Shown here: positions 1 to 9,793 of the stretch, in pieces
How the letters are laid out: every line of letters starts with the position of its first letter
Numbering within the stretch: position 1 is the stretch's first letter
NCBI GenBank assembly: GCA_910577405.1
Contig: CAJTMG010000021.1
Location: 2,189-34,188, forward strand
Source: an uncultured Oscillibacter sp.
Lineage (GTDB): Bacteria; Bacillota; Clostridia; Oscillospirales; Oscillospiraceae
DNA: 32,000 bases
Reading direction: 5' to 3'
The notes under the pieces: model-generated
Databases searched by the model: none
What the model saw: the letters and a program-made list of their open reading frames with translations, nothing else
Told to the model about the DNA's origin: nothing
Program-made: the position numbers and the translations under genes

Positions 1-2834
1 CCGCCGTCCACTACCGGGCGCGTTTTGGAGAGGACTACTACCTGGAGGTTCAAGCCCACAACGACCCAAAACAGATTTCAGTAAACCGCGAAATCCTCAA
101 AATAGCAAATCAGCTTGGCATCCCTTGTGTTGTAACGACTGACGCACACCACACATGGGAAGAAGACAAGCCATATCAGCTGAAATACGCATTCAACGGA
201 AGCTACAAAGAAGATGGAGAAGCCTATATCGACTGTTTTATTCAAAGCGAACAGGAAGTACGAAACCGCTTGTCCTATCTGGATAAAAGCACCGTGGACG
301 AGCTAATCAGCAACACAGATAACATTGCCAGCCGATGTCAAATGGAGATTCCCCTTTCCGCCCCCATCATGCCGAAGGTAGACACGCCGCCGGAATTTCA
401 AAGCAACATCGATTGGCTTGCATTCCTGTGCAAGGATGGATTCCGCCGGAAACTGAACATTGACTATGAAACCAGGTCTATTTTTGATACTTCCCGGTTT
501 ATGACACGTTTTACATATGACGACAACGGAGAAAAGACCGGAGAAGAGCAATTCCAGTTCTCACAATCAGAAATAGATACTTATTGCGACCGCTATATTT
601 ACGAGCTGAACGCCCTGGACAAGATGGGATTTGTGGATTACATCCTTTTGGTTTACTCCTATGCCAGCGTAGGTAAGCGGCGCGGGATAGCCAGAGGTTC
701 CGGCGGAGGTTCGCTTATCAACTACCTCACGGATATCACCAATATCGACCCAATTGAACACGGCTTATATTTTGAACGTTTCATTGACGTAAGCGCTCTG
801 TCCAAGCTGGAATCCGGAGAAATCACCGCAAAGGAGCTGAAAATTCCTGATATAGACCTGGACTTCTCCAAGGAATCCTGTGAAGAAGTTTTGAAATTCC
901 TCTATCAAAAATACGGAGAGGACAAAGTTGCATCTATTGGAAAGTTTGGGACAAATCAGACCAAGGGCACGATCCGAGACATGTGCAAGGTTCTGGATAT
1001 TGGACTGACTGAAGCTGACAGAATTGCAAAATGTTTTGAAAACTACGAAATAGACGAAGTTGACCGTATGATTTCCGGAGAACTGAAACCGACCGCAAGT
1101 GCAAACGAAGCTATTTCCTGTGTCGAGACCTACCCAGAGCTATTCAAATACGTGAGAAAGCTGACCGGACTGCCAAAATCATTCGGACTTCACGCCTGCG
1201 GAAAAATTGTAGCCACACGAGAGCTGGACTATTTCCTCCCCTCCTGTTACGACTCAAATGGTATCCGGTATCTTCAAGGTGATATGTACGATGTTGAAGA
1301 CATGGGGCTTGTAAAAATCGACGTACTGGGACTCCGGACACTGGATGCCGAGTATGACGCACTTGAGATGTCAGGCGAAAGCGAATCGTTTTTGAATCCG
1401 AAGCAGGACTACTCAGACGGCAAGGTACTGGACATTTTCCGCAAGGGAGACACTGTGGGAATTTTTCAGATGTCCTCCCCCGGCATGAAAAAAACACTGA
1501 AAAACATGAATATCAGTGGAATTGACGATTTATCCGCCGCCAATGCCCTCTTCAGACCTGGGTCTCTTCAATACATTGATAATTACTGCCGCCGTAAAGC
1601 AGGAAAAGAACAGTTTGAATATTTACATCCTGATTTGGAGCCAATCCTGAAAAACACCTATGGGATAATCGTTTTTCAGGAACAGCTGATAGAAATCGGA
1701 CGCATGGCTGGTCTGCACAATCCAGACCAACTCCGCAAGGCGACCGGCAAAAAGAATCCAAAGCTACTGGCGGAAGTACAGCCTGAACTGCGGGAAAAAC
1801 TACTGGTACGCGGATGGAGCGAGGCCCAGTTTGACAAACTCTGGTCAGATATGTTGGAGTTCGCTCGTTATAGCTTTAACAAATCTCACTCTAGTGCATA
1901 CGCTATAATCGCCTACATGACTGCCAAACAAAAAGCCTACTACCCTGCCGAATTCTACTGCGGGCTATGCAACTCTTACATTGGAAAGTCAGACTTTGTA
2001 AAAAACGAGGCCACAGAAATTGTAGGAGACATGATGCGCCACAGAATACAGATAGCCCCGGCCAATTTCAGAAACGACCACCGGCGCTGCAACGTAAAGG
2101 ATGGAAAAGTCATATGGGGTATCCCGCTGATTCGAGACTGCAATATTGCCTTGGGAGAGGAATTATATGCTCTGCGGGATATTGACCAGCCACATTTTTG
2201 GAGAGTTGCCAAAATCCTATGGGAGAAAGGCATGAAGTCCAAATTAGAAATTCTGATAAAACTTGGATTCTTTCATGAGTATGGAACATCCAAAGAGCTT
2301 CTTCGCATTTTAGATATGGCGGTCCTATTCAAGATGGGCGAACGAAAGTTAATCAAAAAATCCGATGTTGCCGGAAGCGATTTTCTCACCGGGATACTCC
2401 AGAAGTATTCGTCCTCTGCCAACACCAAAGGACAAGAGCTTTCCACATATGAGATTTTAGACTGCGGCTCAATTCTGGACAAATGCGAGGACTACATCAA
2501 AACGCTGGATCTTGGAGAGTTTGACGACAAATCCATGATTGCGACTCAGCAGAAATATCTTGGTGCTCTGGCCATACCGACAGGAAAAGAAGAAGACAGA
2601 AAACGGATTTTTGTCAACGCCGTATTTCCCCTGAACCGGAAAAGCGATGGGAAACTGTTTGGATACAAAATACTATACACGTCCATCGGCTCCGGAGTTA
2701 GCAACTCGATGACAATTTTCTGTGAGCGATTTAACAAAACACCAGTTTCATCAGGAGATATTCTTTTATGTAAAGCGTACACAAAGGATAAAAAGGGATA
2801 TTTCAGAATGCTGGATTACGAAAAGGTTTTATAA
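1..2834 (+). CDS. dnaE: Phage DNA polymerase III alpha subunit (DnaE-like), 5'-partial
   Basis: The frame is open from base 3 (AVHYRARFGEDYYLEVQAHND...VVTTDAHH, the end of a PHP domain), so the TTG at 270 in the ORF track is internal. DnaE hallmarks are present: GLHACG, GIFQMSSPGM, IVFQEQ and FNKSHSSAYA. Compare FNKAHAVSYA in the host DnaE at 30098..32000. Confidence 0.9.
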   Translation, partial: AVHYRARFGEDYYLEVQAHNDPKQISVNREILKIANQLGIPCVVTTDAHHTWEEDKPYQLKYAFNGSYKEDGEAYIDCFIQSEQEVRNRLSYLDKSTVDELISNTDNIASRCQMEIPLSAPIMPKVDTPPEFQSNIDWLAFLCKDGFRRKLNIDYETRSIFDTSRFMTRFTYDDNGEKTGEEQFQFSQSEIDTYCDRYIYELNALDKMGFVDYILLVYSYASVGKRRGIARGSGGGSLINYLTDITNIDPIEHGLYFERFIDVSALSKLESGEITAKELKIPDIDLDFSKESCEEVLKFLYQKYGEDKVASIGKFGTNQTKGTIRDMCKVLDIGLTEADRIAKCFENYEIDEVDRMISGELKPTASANEAISCVETYPELFKYVRKLTGLPKSFGLHACGKIVATRELDYFLPSCYDSNGIRYLQGDMYDVEDMGLVKIDVLGLRTLDAEYDALEMSGESESFLNPKQDYSDGKVLDIFRKGDTVGIFQMSSPGMKKTLKNMNISGIDDLSAANALFRPGSLQYIDNYCRRKAGKEQFEYLHPDLEPILKNTYGIIVFQEQLIEIGRMAGLHNPDQLRKATGKKNPKLLAEVQPELREKLLVRGWSEAQFDKLWSDMLEFARYSFNKSHSSAYAIIAYMTAKQKAYYPAEFYCGLCNSYIGKSDFVKNEATEIVGDMMRHRIQIAPANFRNDHRRCNVKDGKVIWGIPLIRDCNIALGEELYALRDIDQPHFWRVAKILWEKGMKSKLEILIKLGFFHEYGTSKELLRILDMAVLFKMGERKLIKKSDVAGSDFLTGILQKYSSSANTKGQELSTYEILDCGSILDKCEDYIKTLDLGEFDDKSMIATQQKYLGALAIPTGKEEDRKRIFVNAVFPLNRKSDGKLFGYKILYTSIGSGVSNSMTIFCERFNKTPVSSGDILLCKAYTKDKKGYFRMLDYEKVL

Positions 2835-2836
2835 GG

Positions 2837-3409
2837 ATGATTTTTATGAACACGAAAAAATTTGACCCGTTGAGCTGGATTGTCACAGCCCTGGTAATTT
2901 TTCTGATTATTTGCACAGCTATTATTTCCATAAATCACAGCAAAACCACAAAAGAAGACACACGGTTTATAAGAAAAGGTAAAATCTGCACACTTGCGAC
3001 AATTGAGGAAGACAGCAAAACATTGGCAAGCGACACGGTAGAGGCTTCCACAGAACCGGACAATCCGTACAAAGAACTTAAACTGACACAAGACGAAAAA
3101 AAGCTGCTTGCCCGCATGGTTTACAGTGAAGCACCGTTTGAAGGACAAGTTGCAGTCGCACAGGTAGCACTGAACCGATACCTGCATGAATCATTTAACG
3201 GAAGCATTTCAGACATCATTTCCGAGCCAGGCCAATTCACCGTAGGAAAAAGATACGGGGACAGCCAGATGGCGGCAGTAGAGACAGCACTTTCAGGTGC
3301 GCCAGTTTTGGATCTGAACACAGATGTAGTATTTTTCTCCACCGGAGGGCTTAAATGCGGAACATATTACAGAACAATTGAAAATCACGTTTTTCGTACT
3401 TATTCTTGA
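2837..3409 (+). CDS. Membrane-anchored SleB-like cell-wall hydrolase (Hydrolase_2 domain)
   Basis: N-terminal TM helix (WIVTALVIFLIICTAIISI), then LLARMVYSEAPFEGQVAVAQVALNRY...EPGQF...VVFF, the pattern I recognise from SleB/CwlJ-type domains. The start is ATG 2837 or ATG 2846. Confidence 0.65.
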   Translation: MIFMNTKKFDPLSWIVTALVIFLIICTAIISINHSKTTKEDTRFIRKGKICTLATIEEDSKTLASDTVEASTEPDNPYKELKLTQDEKKLLARMVYSEAPFEGQVAVAQVALNRYLHESFNGSISDIISEPGQFTVGKRYGDSQMAAVETALSGAPVLDLNTDVVFFSTGGLKCGTYYRTIENHVFRTYS

Positions 3410-3521
3410 TGCAGTCCCCCACTTTTTTCAAGAGTTTTTAAGGGATGGTTAGCAAATCACGAAAAAGTTCCGCAAACAAAATAGAATAAAAATCTATCTG
3501 CAAGGAGGAAATTAAGTATCC

Positions 3522-4151
3522 ATGAAAATCATCAACGCCAGCTTTGAGATTATGACCCCTTTGAATGGAGCAGAAATTCTCAAGCACATTGAAACGGCAG
3601 GCCGCACCTGCTATAAGAGCGAGGACAAAATCACAGCCAGCAGCGCCGAAAAATTTGTAGCCAATATCATAAAGAATGGACATGAGAGTGTTTTGGAGCA
3701 TTTCAGTTTTTCAGTTCGCTTTATCGTGGACCGTGGAGTTTCACACGAACTCGTAAGACACAGGATTGCAAGTTTCAGCCAGGAGTCCACACGCTACTGC
3801 AATTATATCACGGACCGGTTCGGACGTGAACTCACAGTAATCAAGCCATGTTTTCTTGCTGAGGGTACTCCTGCATGGGACACATGGAAAACCGAATGCG
3901 CTTCTGCGGAGGCCGCCTATTTTGAGCTACTGGAACTTGGATGTCAGCCCCAGGAGGCCCGCGCTGTCCTTCCAAACAGCCTGAAAACCGAAGTGATCAT
4001 GACATGCAACCTTCGGGAATGGCGGCACATGCTCAGTCTGCGGACAGGCAAAGCAGCACATCCCCAGATGCGAGAGGTAACCACTCCCCTTTTGGAGAAG
4101 CTGAAGGAATTGATTCCGGTAGTCTTTGACGATATCAAGGTGACATCATGA
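3522..4151 (+). CDS. thyX: Flavin-dependent thymidylate synthase ThyX
   Basis: Exact ThyX signature RHRxxSxxxxSxR in LVRHRIASFSQESTRY. The size (209 aa) is typical. AAGGAGG lies upstream. Confidence 0.9.
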   Translation: MKIINASFEIMTPLNGAEILKHIETAGRTCYKSEDKITASSAEKFVANIIKNGHESVLEHFSFSVRFIVDRGVSHELVRHRIASFSQESTRYCNYITDRFGRELTVIKPCFLAEGTPAWDTWKTECASAEAAYFELLELGCQPQEARAVLPNSLKTEVIMTCNLREWRHMLSLRTGKAAHPQMREVTTPLLEKLKELIPVVFDDIKVTS

Positions 4152-4687
4152 AGATTATATGTATTTCAGGAAAAGCACAGCATGGGAAAGATACCACAGC
4201 AAAATTTCTTCAAGAGCAGTTGGAAAACAATGGCTACAGGGTAAAAATCACGCATTTTGCCGACCATCTGAAGCACATCTGCAAAGACTACTTTGGATGG
4301 GACGGTGTTAAGGACGAAAAAGGCCGCAACATTCTACAGCATATAGGGACAGAAGTCATACGCGAAAGGTCTCCGGACTATTTTGCTGATTACCTTGTGA
4401 ATTTCCTATCCATGTTTTATGACGAATGGGACTATGTGATTATACCGGACTGCCGTTTTTCAAACGAATTTGAAATCTTTACGGCATACGGAATGGACGC
4501 TATCCTCCTGCGGGTAGTGCGCCCTGGATTCCTTTCGCCATTGACACAGGAGCAGCAGGCGCACCCCTCCGAAACCGCTCTGGACAACTACGAGCACGAC
4601 TTTGTAATTGTAAATAGCGGAAGCAAGGCGGAACTTAAATCTTCCATCGGACATTTTACGGAAAATTTCATAAGGAGGGCAGCATGA
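4148..4687 (+). CDS. Phage deoxynucleoside monophosphate kinase-like P-loop protein
   Basis: N-terminal IICISGKAQHGKDT P-loop of the GKDT type seen in phage dNMP kinases. The start ATGA overlaps the thyX stop, with SD AAGGTGA. Confidence 0.6.
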   Translation: MKIICISGKAQHGKDTTAKFLQEQLENNGYRVKITHFADHLKHICKDYFGWDGVKDEKGRNILQHIGTEVIRERSPDYFADYLVNFLSMFYDEWDYVIIPDCRFSNEFEIFTAYGMDAILLRVVRPGFLSPLTQEQQAHPSETALDNYEHDFVIVNSGSKAELKSSIGHFTENFIRRAA

Positions 4688-5247
4688 GACCGCTCACAAT
4701 TTTATTTGACGCCGACGACACAGCTGAAGACCTCCAAAGCAGTTGGATAAGGCTTCTGAACCAGCGATACGGCACATCGGTCACACCTGACGACATCAAG
4801 GACTGGAATATGGCTCTTGCATTTCCCGGACTGACAAAAGACCAGATTTTCGGTGTACTCTCCGAAGAAGCCCTATGGAAAAACATTGACCCAATCCCCG
4901 GAAGTCAGCGTATCCTGCAAAAATGGTTTGACCAAGGTCATAATCTATATATGGTCACAGCCTCCGACTATCGTTCCTGCAAGGCAAAGACGGAACGGAT
5001 ATTAGAAATATTCCCGTTTCTGGATTGGGAACATATAATTTTGGCAAGCAACAAGCAGATGATATGCGGAGATATTCTGATTGACGACGGCGTACACAAT
5101 CTGATTGGCGGCAGTTATTTCAAGATTTTGTTCAGCAGGCCGCACAACAGAGGACTTTCAGTTAAACAATATGGAATCCATCGCGCAGAAACATGGGATG
5201 AAGCCGATGCCCTAGTAACCCGGTACACAAAGGAGATGCGTATATGA
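4684..5247 (+). CDS. HAD-family 5'(3')-deoxyribonucleotidase-like protein (YorS/NT5C-like)
   Basis: HAD motif I DxDxT in ILFDADDT and a later ILIDD motif; 187 aa. SD AAGGAGGG. The gene sits among nucleotide-metabolism genes. Confidence 0.6.
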   Translation: MRPLTILFDADDTAEDLQSSWIRLLNQRYGTSVTPDDIKDWNMALAFPGLTKDQIFGVLSEEALWKNIDPIPGSQRILQKWFDQGHNLYMVTASDYRSCKAKTERILEIFPFLDWEHIILASNKQMICGDILIDDGVHNLIGGSYFKILFSRPHNRGLSVKQYGIHRAETWDEADALVTRYTKEMRI

Positions 5248-7166
5248 TTGTAGTAAAAAGAGACGGAAGAGAAGTTGAATTTGACAGAAACAAGGTCAAG
5301 AACACTGTTATGAAGGCGGCTATAGAGGTTGACAAAAATATAACAATGGAAACAATCTGTCTTGCAGAAACGATTTCTAAAGAAATTACAGATTACGTTG
5401 GCAGGAAGCGCACTGTAGAAGATATTCAGGACGAAGTTGAAGAATATCTGATGGAAAGCAACCGAAAGGACATAGCGCGGGCATATATCATTTACAGAAA
5501 CGAGCGCACGAAGGTCCGGGAACGAAAAGCGGAGCTTGTACAGACGATTCTCAACCGTGCAAATTCTACAATAGATAACCGCTCCAACGCGAATGTAGAT
5601 GAAAAATCGTTTTCTGGACGAGAAAAGGAAGCGTCTTCCGATATTGGAAAGATGATTGCCCTGGACTTTGGAGGGCTTACCACAGACGTTGCAAATGCGC
5701 ATAAAGAGATGTTGATTTACCAGCACGACCTGGAAAAAGCGATTTACGGAATTCACAACTGTCTGAATTTGAACTTCCAAGAAATCTTCAACTATGGATT
5801 CCGGACCAGAAATGGAGATGTACGTCCGCCAACAAGTTTCTCCACTGCCTGCCAGCTTGCAGCGGTTGCATTCCAGTGTCAAAGCCAAGTGCAGTTTGGC
5901 GGAGTTGGAAGCATTCATCTTGACTATGACCTTGCGCCATTTGTAAAGAAGAGCTTCTACAAGCATTACGAGGACGGTTTACGCTACATTGCCCGCTTGA
6001 ATGAGGACGAAATCAAGACCCTGACGGATTTTGCAAAAAACAACGAGCTTTCCGTAGATGACGCAGCTCTCAAAACAGACGAATCCGTATATCAGTATGC
6101 AATGGATATGCTGGAAAAAGAAGGGCACCAAGCCGCGCAAGGCTTATACCACAATCTGAACACGCTGGAATCCCGTCAAGGCTCTCAGGTTCCGTTCACC
6201 AGCATCAATCTTGGACGCGACACCAGTCCAGAAGGCCGCTTGGTTACAAGATGGATTATGGAAGCAAGCATCGATGGTATCGGACACCACCATTTAACAA
6301 GTATTTTCCCGATTTCGATTTTCCAGTATAAGAAGGGCGTCAACGCGGACCCGAACAATAAGAACTACGACCTGAAGCAGCTTGCTCTGGAATCGATGAG
6401 CAAACGTATCTACCCCAATTGGTGCAACGGTGACTGGTCCCAGGCACATGAGGACGAGAACAATCCGGATACATACTTCTCCACGATGGGTTGCAGAACT
6501 CTGGTAGGATTTGACCGGAATGGCCTAGGCTATATCCGTCAGGGTCGAGGAAACAACGTCCCAAATACAATCATTCTCCCGAAACTTGGTATTGAATTTG
6601 GTATCTGTCTTGGAAAACGCACCAGCCCCGACCTGGACGGATTCTGGAAAGCATTTGAAGAAACTTTAAGACTTACAGAGACAGCATTGCTGGAACGCTT
6701 CTCTATTATGGTTCGTCAGTCGCCGAAATCTGCCCCATTTATGTACCAAAACAAGACTATTCAGGACGCAGAGGAATGTAAAGAGAATGTATTTAATGCG
6801 CTGAAGCACAACACGCTTGCCATTGGATATATTGGAATCGCGGAAATGTGCCAAGCGCTTTTTGGCGAAAACCATGCACACAACAAACGAGTACATCAAT
6901 TTGCTCTTTCGGTAGTACGCCGTATCAACGAGTTTGCAGCGGAAGCGTCGGAACGAAATGGACTGAACTTTTCATGCTATGCGTCTCCGGCGGAAAGCCT
7001 GTGTCGGACAGCGCTTATAGAACTGCGGAAACAGTACGGAGTAATTGAAAACGTCACATCCCACGAATACTTGACCAATTCCCACCATGTTCCGGTATGG
7101 GAGCAAGTATCCATTACAGAGAAATTGAACTGCGAAGCTCCATTCTGCAAATATCCGACTGGAGGT
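5244..7166 (+). CDS. nrdD: Anaerobic ribonucleoside-triphosphate reductase NrdD, exon 1
   Basis: ATP-cone N-terminus (VVKRDGREVEFDRNKVKNTVMKA) and a long class III RNR-like core. The ORF is cut by TAA at 7167..7169 before any glycyl-radical motif, and I read that TAA as the first intron bases. Confidence 0.85.
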
Positions 7167-8073
7167 TAACTCGGCTTCCAGTATAAAAAATCCCGTGAAC
7201 TATCAAATGATAGGTGTGCAATTCACATTATATTGTAGCCATAGGAAATGATGGTGAAGAATTGTGCTAACAGGGAACATCTAAACCCATAAGGGCATGA
7301 CAATCCTGTGGTAAGCTATTTGTTGCTAAATACTATAAGAGGTGGTGATTATATTCAAGAAATTTGGAAGGAAATAGAAGAGGCCCCCGCTTACCTTGTG
7401 TCAAATTTTGGAAAAGTGATGACAACACATGGGAACGGAAAGAAGATAATGAAGCAGGGAACAGACAAAGATGGATATAAAAAGATAGCTCTATCTATTG
7501 GGAATGGTAGATATATACACAGAAGAGTCCATAGGCTTGTGGCAACTGCATTTCTGGAGAACAAAAATGAGTTTCCAATTATAAATCATATTGATGGAGA
7601 TGTTACAAACAATAGAGTTGACAACTTAGAATGGTGTAACAATTCACGAAATCAATTGCACAGATACAGAGTGTTACATAAAACATGGGATGCAACAAGA
7701 CTGGGAAGACAGTATACATTCACACCGATAATAGCAAGAAATATTATATCAAAAAAAGAAATTGAATTTGATTGTGTAAACGAATGTGCAAGATACTTTT
7801 GTGTAAGTGATTCTGCAATATTCAACAGATTAAAAGGAAGAGTCAAAAATCCATCTAGCAGTCCAAAATCTCATATCAACAACTGGTATTTTGAAATCGC
7901 AACAAATAGAAACTCTAACGACCATCCGTCAGCAGAAATGCAATAGGAGTAGGGGCAGGGTGAAATTCCCTGCTGGGTGAAAACCCCTTAAATCGAAGCG
8001 CGGGACAAAAAGATATGGTCTATTCCCACTGTCAAATCAGTGTTAAAGTACCGTGAAAACGGGGGTAAAAAAG
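7167..8073 (+). mobile_element. Group I (IA2, T4 td-like) self-splicing intron carrying an HNH homing endonuclease gene
   Basis: P1: exon GGAGGU (7161..7166) pairs with intron GCUUCC (7174..7179), giving U.G at the splice site. The last intron base is G (8073). P4: CAGGG 7271..7275 with UCCUG 7304..7308. P7: GACCAU 7920..7925 with AUGGUC 8015..8020. R-like CUAACGACCAUCC and S-like AAGAUAUGGUCU elements are present. A nested hairpin sits at 7952..7987. Confidence 0.75.
7308..7946 (+). CDS. HNH homing endonuclease (NUMOD4-like N-terminus, HNH core, C-terminal HTH), intron-encoded
   Basis: WKEIEEAPAYLVSNFGKV (NUMOD4-like), NHIDGDVTNNRVDNLEWCNNSRNQLH (HNH) and CARYFCVSDSAIFNRLKG (NUMOD1/IENR-like). 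The GTG at 7308 lies inside the predicted P4 stem. The SD AGAGGTGG at 7338..7345 suggests a start nearer 7353, so the 5' end is uncertain. Confidence 0.85.
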   Translation: MVSYLLLNTIRGGDYIQEIWKEIEEAPAYLVSNFGKVMTTHGNGKKIMKQGTDKDGYKKIALSIGNGRYIHRRVHRLVATAFLENKNEFPIINHIDGDVTNNRVDNLEWCNNSRNQLHRYRVLHKTWDATRLGRQYTFTPIIARNIISKKEIEFDCVNECARYFCVSDSAIFNRLKGRVKNPSSSPKSHINNWYFEIATNRNSNDHPSAEMQ

Positions 8074-8391
8074 TGCATAACTTATATTGAGCTTGACAGC
8101 ACATTTGTCAAGAACACAAAAGCAGTTGAGGACATTATTGACTATGCGTTCAAAGAACTGGATATCCCATACCTTGCCTTTAACTTTCCTATTGACAGTT
8201 GCCTGGATTGCGGGTATCAGGGCGAGTTTAACAACAGTTGTCCGCAATGCGGGAGCAAGAACATTCAGCAGCTTCGCCGGGTAACAGGGTATCTGACGAC
8301 CGACTATCACAATTTCAACGATGGAAAACAGTCCGAGGTAGAGGAACGCGTAAAACACAGCACAAGCATGGAGACAAGGAATGAGTCATGA
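8074..8391 (+). CDS. nrdD: NrdD exon 2 (Zn ribbon plus glycyl-radical domain)
   Basis: CITYIELD..., the Zn ribbon CLDCGYQGEFNNSCPQCG and the glycyl-radical motif RRVTGYL. There is no plausible independent start. The sequence joins in frame to exon 1, giving ...KYPTGG|CITYIELD... Confidence 0.85.
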   Translation, partial: CITYIELDSTFVKNTKAVEDIIDYAFKELDIPYLAFNFPIDSCLDCGYQGEFNNSCPQCGSKNIQQLRRVTGYLTTDYHNFNDGKQSEVEERVKHSTSMETRNES

Positions 8392-8944
8392 CGGCACATT
8401 GGATGCAAAATTCAATCCTCTCTGGCGATACGCCGGAATGCAGTTTGATGACGTAGCAAACGGGGCCGGTCTGGGAGCGGTATTCTTCACGCAATACTGC
8501 CCCCACCGGTGTCCCGGATGTCAAAATCAACAGACGTGGACAAAAGACGGTGGACGCCCCTTCTCACCTTCTGATTTGGAACGATTGATGAACTATTATG
8601 ATGAAGTTCCATTTGCAAGCCGCCTGACAGTTTCCGGAGGCGACCCACTCTCAACGCCAGACCTTGTATATTATCTCGTATCGGAATTCAAGGAACGATT
8701 TCATCACAGAATCGTATGGATTTACACTGGTTTCACTCTGGAAGAACTCTTTTCGCCAGAGATTCCGGAGCAGGAAAGGGTCAAGACAAAGGAAATCCTT
8801 AAATTATGCGACGTTCTGGTAGATGGCCCATATATTCAAAATCAGCGTGACATTACGTTAAAATTCCGTGGTTCCAGCAATCAGCGCATGATTGACATAA
8901 AAAGAACCGCATACAGCGGAAAGATTACATTATATAGGGGGTAG
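8381..8944 (+). CDS. nrdG: Anaerobic RNR activating protein NrdG (radical SAM)
   Basis: CPHRCPGCQN (CX3CX2C) and VSGGDPL. The gene overlaps the nrdD stop by 11 nt. SD GGAGA lies 6 nt upstream. Confidence 0.85.
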   Translation: MSHDGTLDAKFNPLWRYAGMQFDDVANGAGLGAVFFTQYCPHRCPGCQNQQTWTKDGGRPFSPSDLERLMNYYDEVPFASRLTVSGGDPLSTPDLVYYLVSEFKERFHHRIVWIYTGFTLEELFSPEIPEQERVKTKEILKLCDVLVDGPYIQNQRDITLKFRGSSNQRMIDIKRTAYSGKITLYRG

Positions 8945-8948
8945 ACAT

Positions 8949-9272
8949 ATGTATTGGAAGCGTTTTTCCACATGTCCAATCTGCGGTAAGGTTCTGGATG
9001 GTATCACTTTAGATTATTCCTGGCAGTGGCCGTGCAGCAAATGTGCAAAAGATAAGACAGACGTTTTGCATTGCGAACGTGGAACCAAGGTTAAAGCAAT
9101 AGACCTTGATGCTGGATTTAAGTATGATTCTGAACAGGCACACAAGTTTTTAACCAACGGACAAATTTACGAAGTCGACGAACTCAACGTTGGAGGCTGG
9201 ATATCACACATCTGCCTGAAGGAGTTTCCAGGAAGAAAATTCAACACCATACATTTCATCCGGTTTGAATAG
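8949..9272 (+). CDS. Hypothetical Zn-ribbon protein
   Basis: CPICG...CSKC pairs; SD AGGGGG 7 nt upstream of the ATG. Confidence 0.6.
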   Translation: MYWKRFSTCPICGKVLDGITLDYSWQWPCSKCAKDKTDVLHCERGTKVKAIDLDAGFKYDSEQAHKFLTNGQIYEVDELNVGGWISHICLKEFPGRKFNTIHFIRFE

Positions 9273-9281
9273 GAGATTGTT

Positions 9282-9464
9282 ATGATTCAAGTAGATGGAT
9301 ACAAAGCATTTCGAGGCATAATGCGGATAACGCCCAAAAACCCCCACATTCCTCTCCATGAGATTTACGGAGACTGGCTGTACAAACCAGAGCAAGATTG
9401 CTGGTATGGACACGGCCAGAGTTTTGCGGCTGAAATCTGCAAAATCATTACAGACGAAACATAA
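9282..9464 (+). CDS. Hypothetical protein (60 aa)
   Basis: SD AGGAG 6 nt upstream; tight packing with neighbours. Confidence 0.5.
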   Translation: MIQVDGYKAFRGIMRITPKNPHIPLHEIYGDWLYKPEQDCWYGHGQSFAAEICKIITDET

Positions 9465-9526
9465 TGGAATTCCCCAGCAGCTTCCAGAGCAGATAAAAAC
9501 GAAACTAAAAACGGAGGTACGTTTCA

Positions 9527-9790
9527 ATGATCGAAAGCACCGGAATGATTAAAATAGGATTTACTTTTACTAATGAGTTTGGGTATACATTCTCTTCTGA
9601 ATCTCAATTGGAGATATTTGATGGATACGATGAACTTACAGCATTAGGCGAGCAATTTGATACATTTTTAAGACAAATCGGTTATCGTCGCAACGGAACG
9701 ACCGTTTTCATGGAGAGTATCAACGATGAAGAATATGACTTCCTTGCTAATGCCCTGAAAGAATACCGTGAAGGAATGAAAGAGGATTGA
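9527..9790 (+). CDS. Hypothetical protein (87 aa)
   Basis: SD GGAGGT 8 nt upstream of the ATG. Confidence 0.55.
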   Translation: MIESTGMIKIGFTFTNEFGYTFSSESQLEIFDGYDELTALGEQFDTFLRQIGYRRNGTTVFMESINDEEYDFLANALKEYREGMKED

Positions 9791-9793
9791 AAT

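Noticed and set aside
270-272. TTG at 270 given by the ORF track as the start of the 854-aa polymerase ORF
   Set aside because: The same frame is open back to base 3 and already encodes recognisable PHP-domain sequence, so the gene simply starts upstream of the window.
5115-5966. 283-aa minus-strand ORF
   Set aside because: It lies antisense to the deoxyribonucleotidase/nrdD genes and has no SD. Its composition (FFNFVLNIFY, CRICTVENRLY) is odd, which is typical of a shadow ORF in AT-rich coding DNA.
8053-8073. GTG 8053 as an independent start for a 112-aa protein
   Set aside because: The product is just the NrdD C-terminal domain. The first 7 codons fall in the predicted 3' end of the group I intron, and no SD precedes the GTG.
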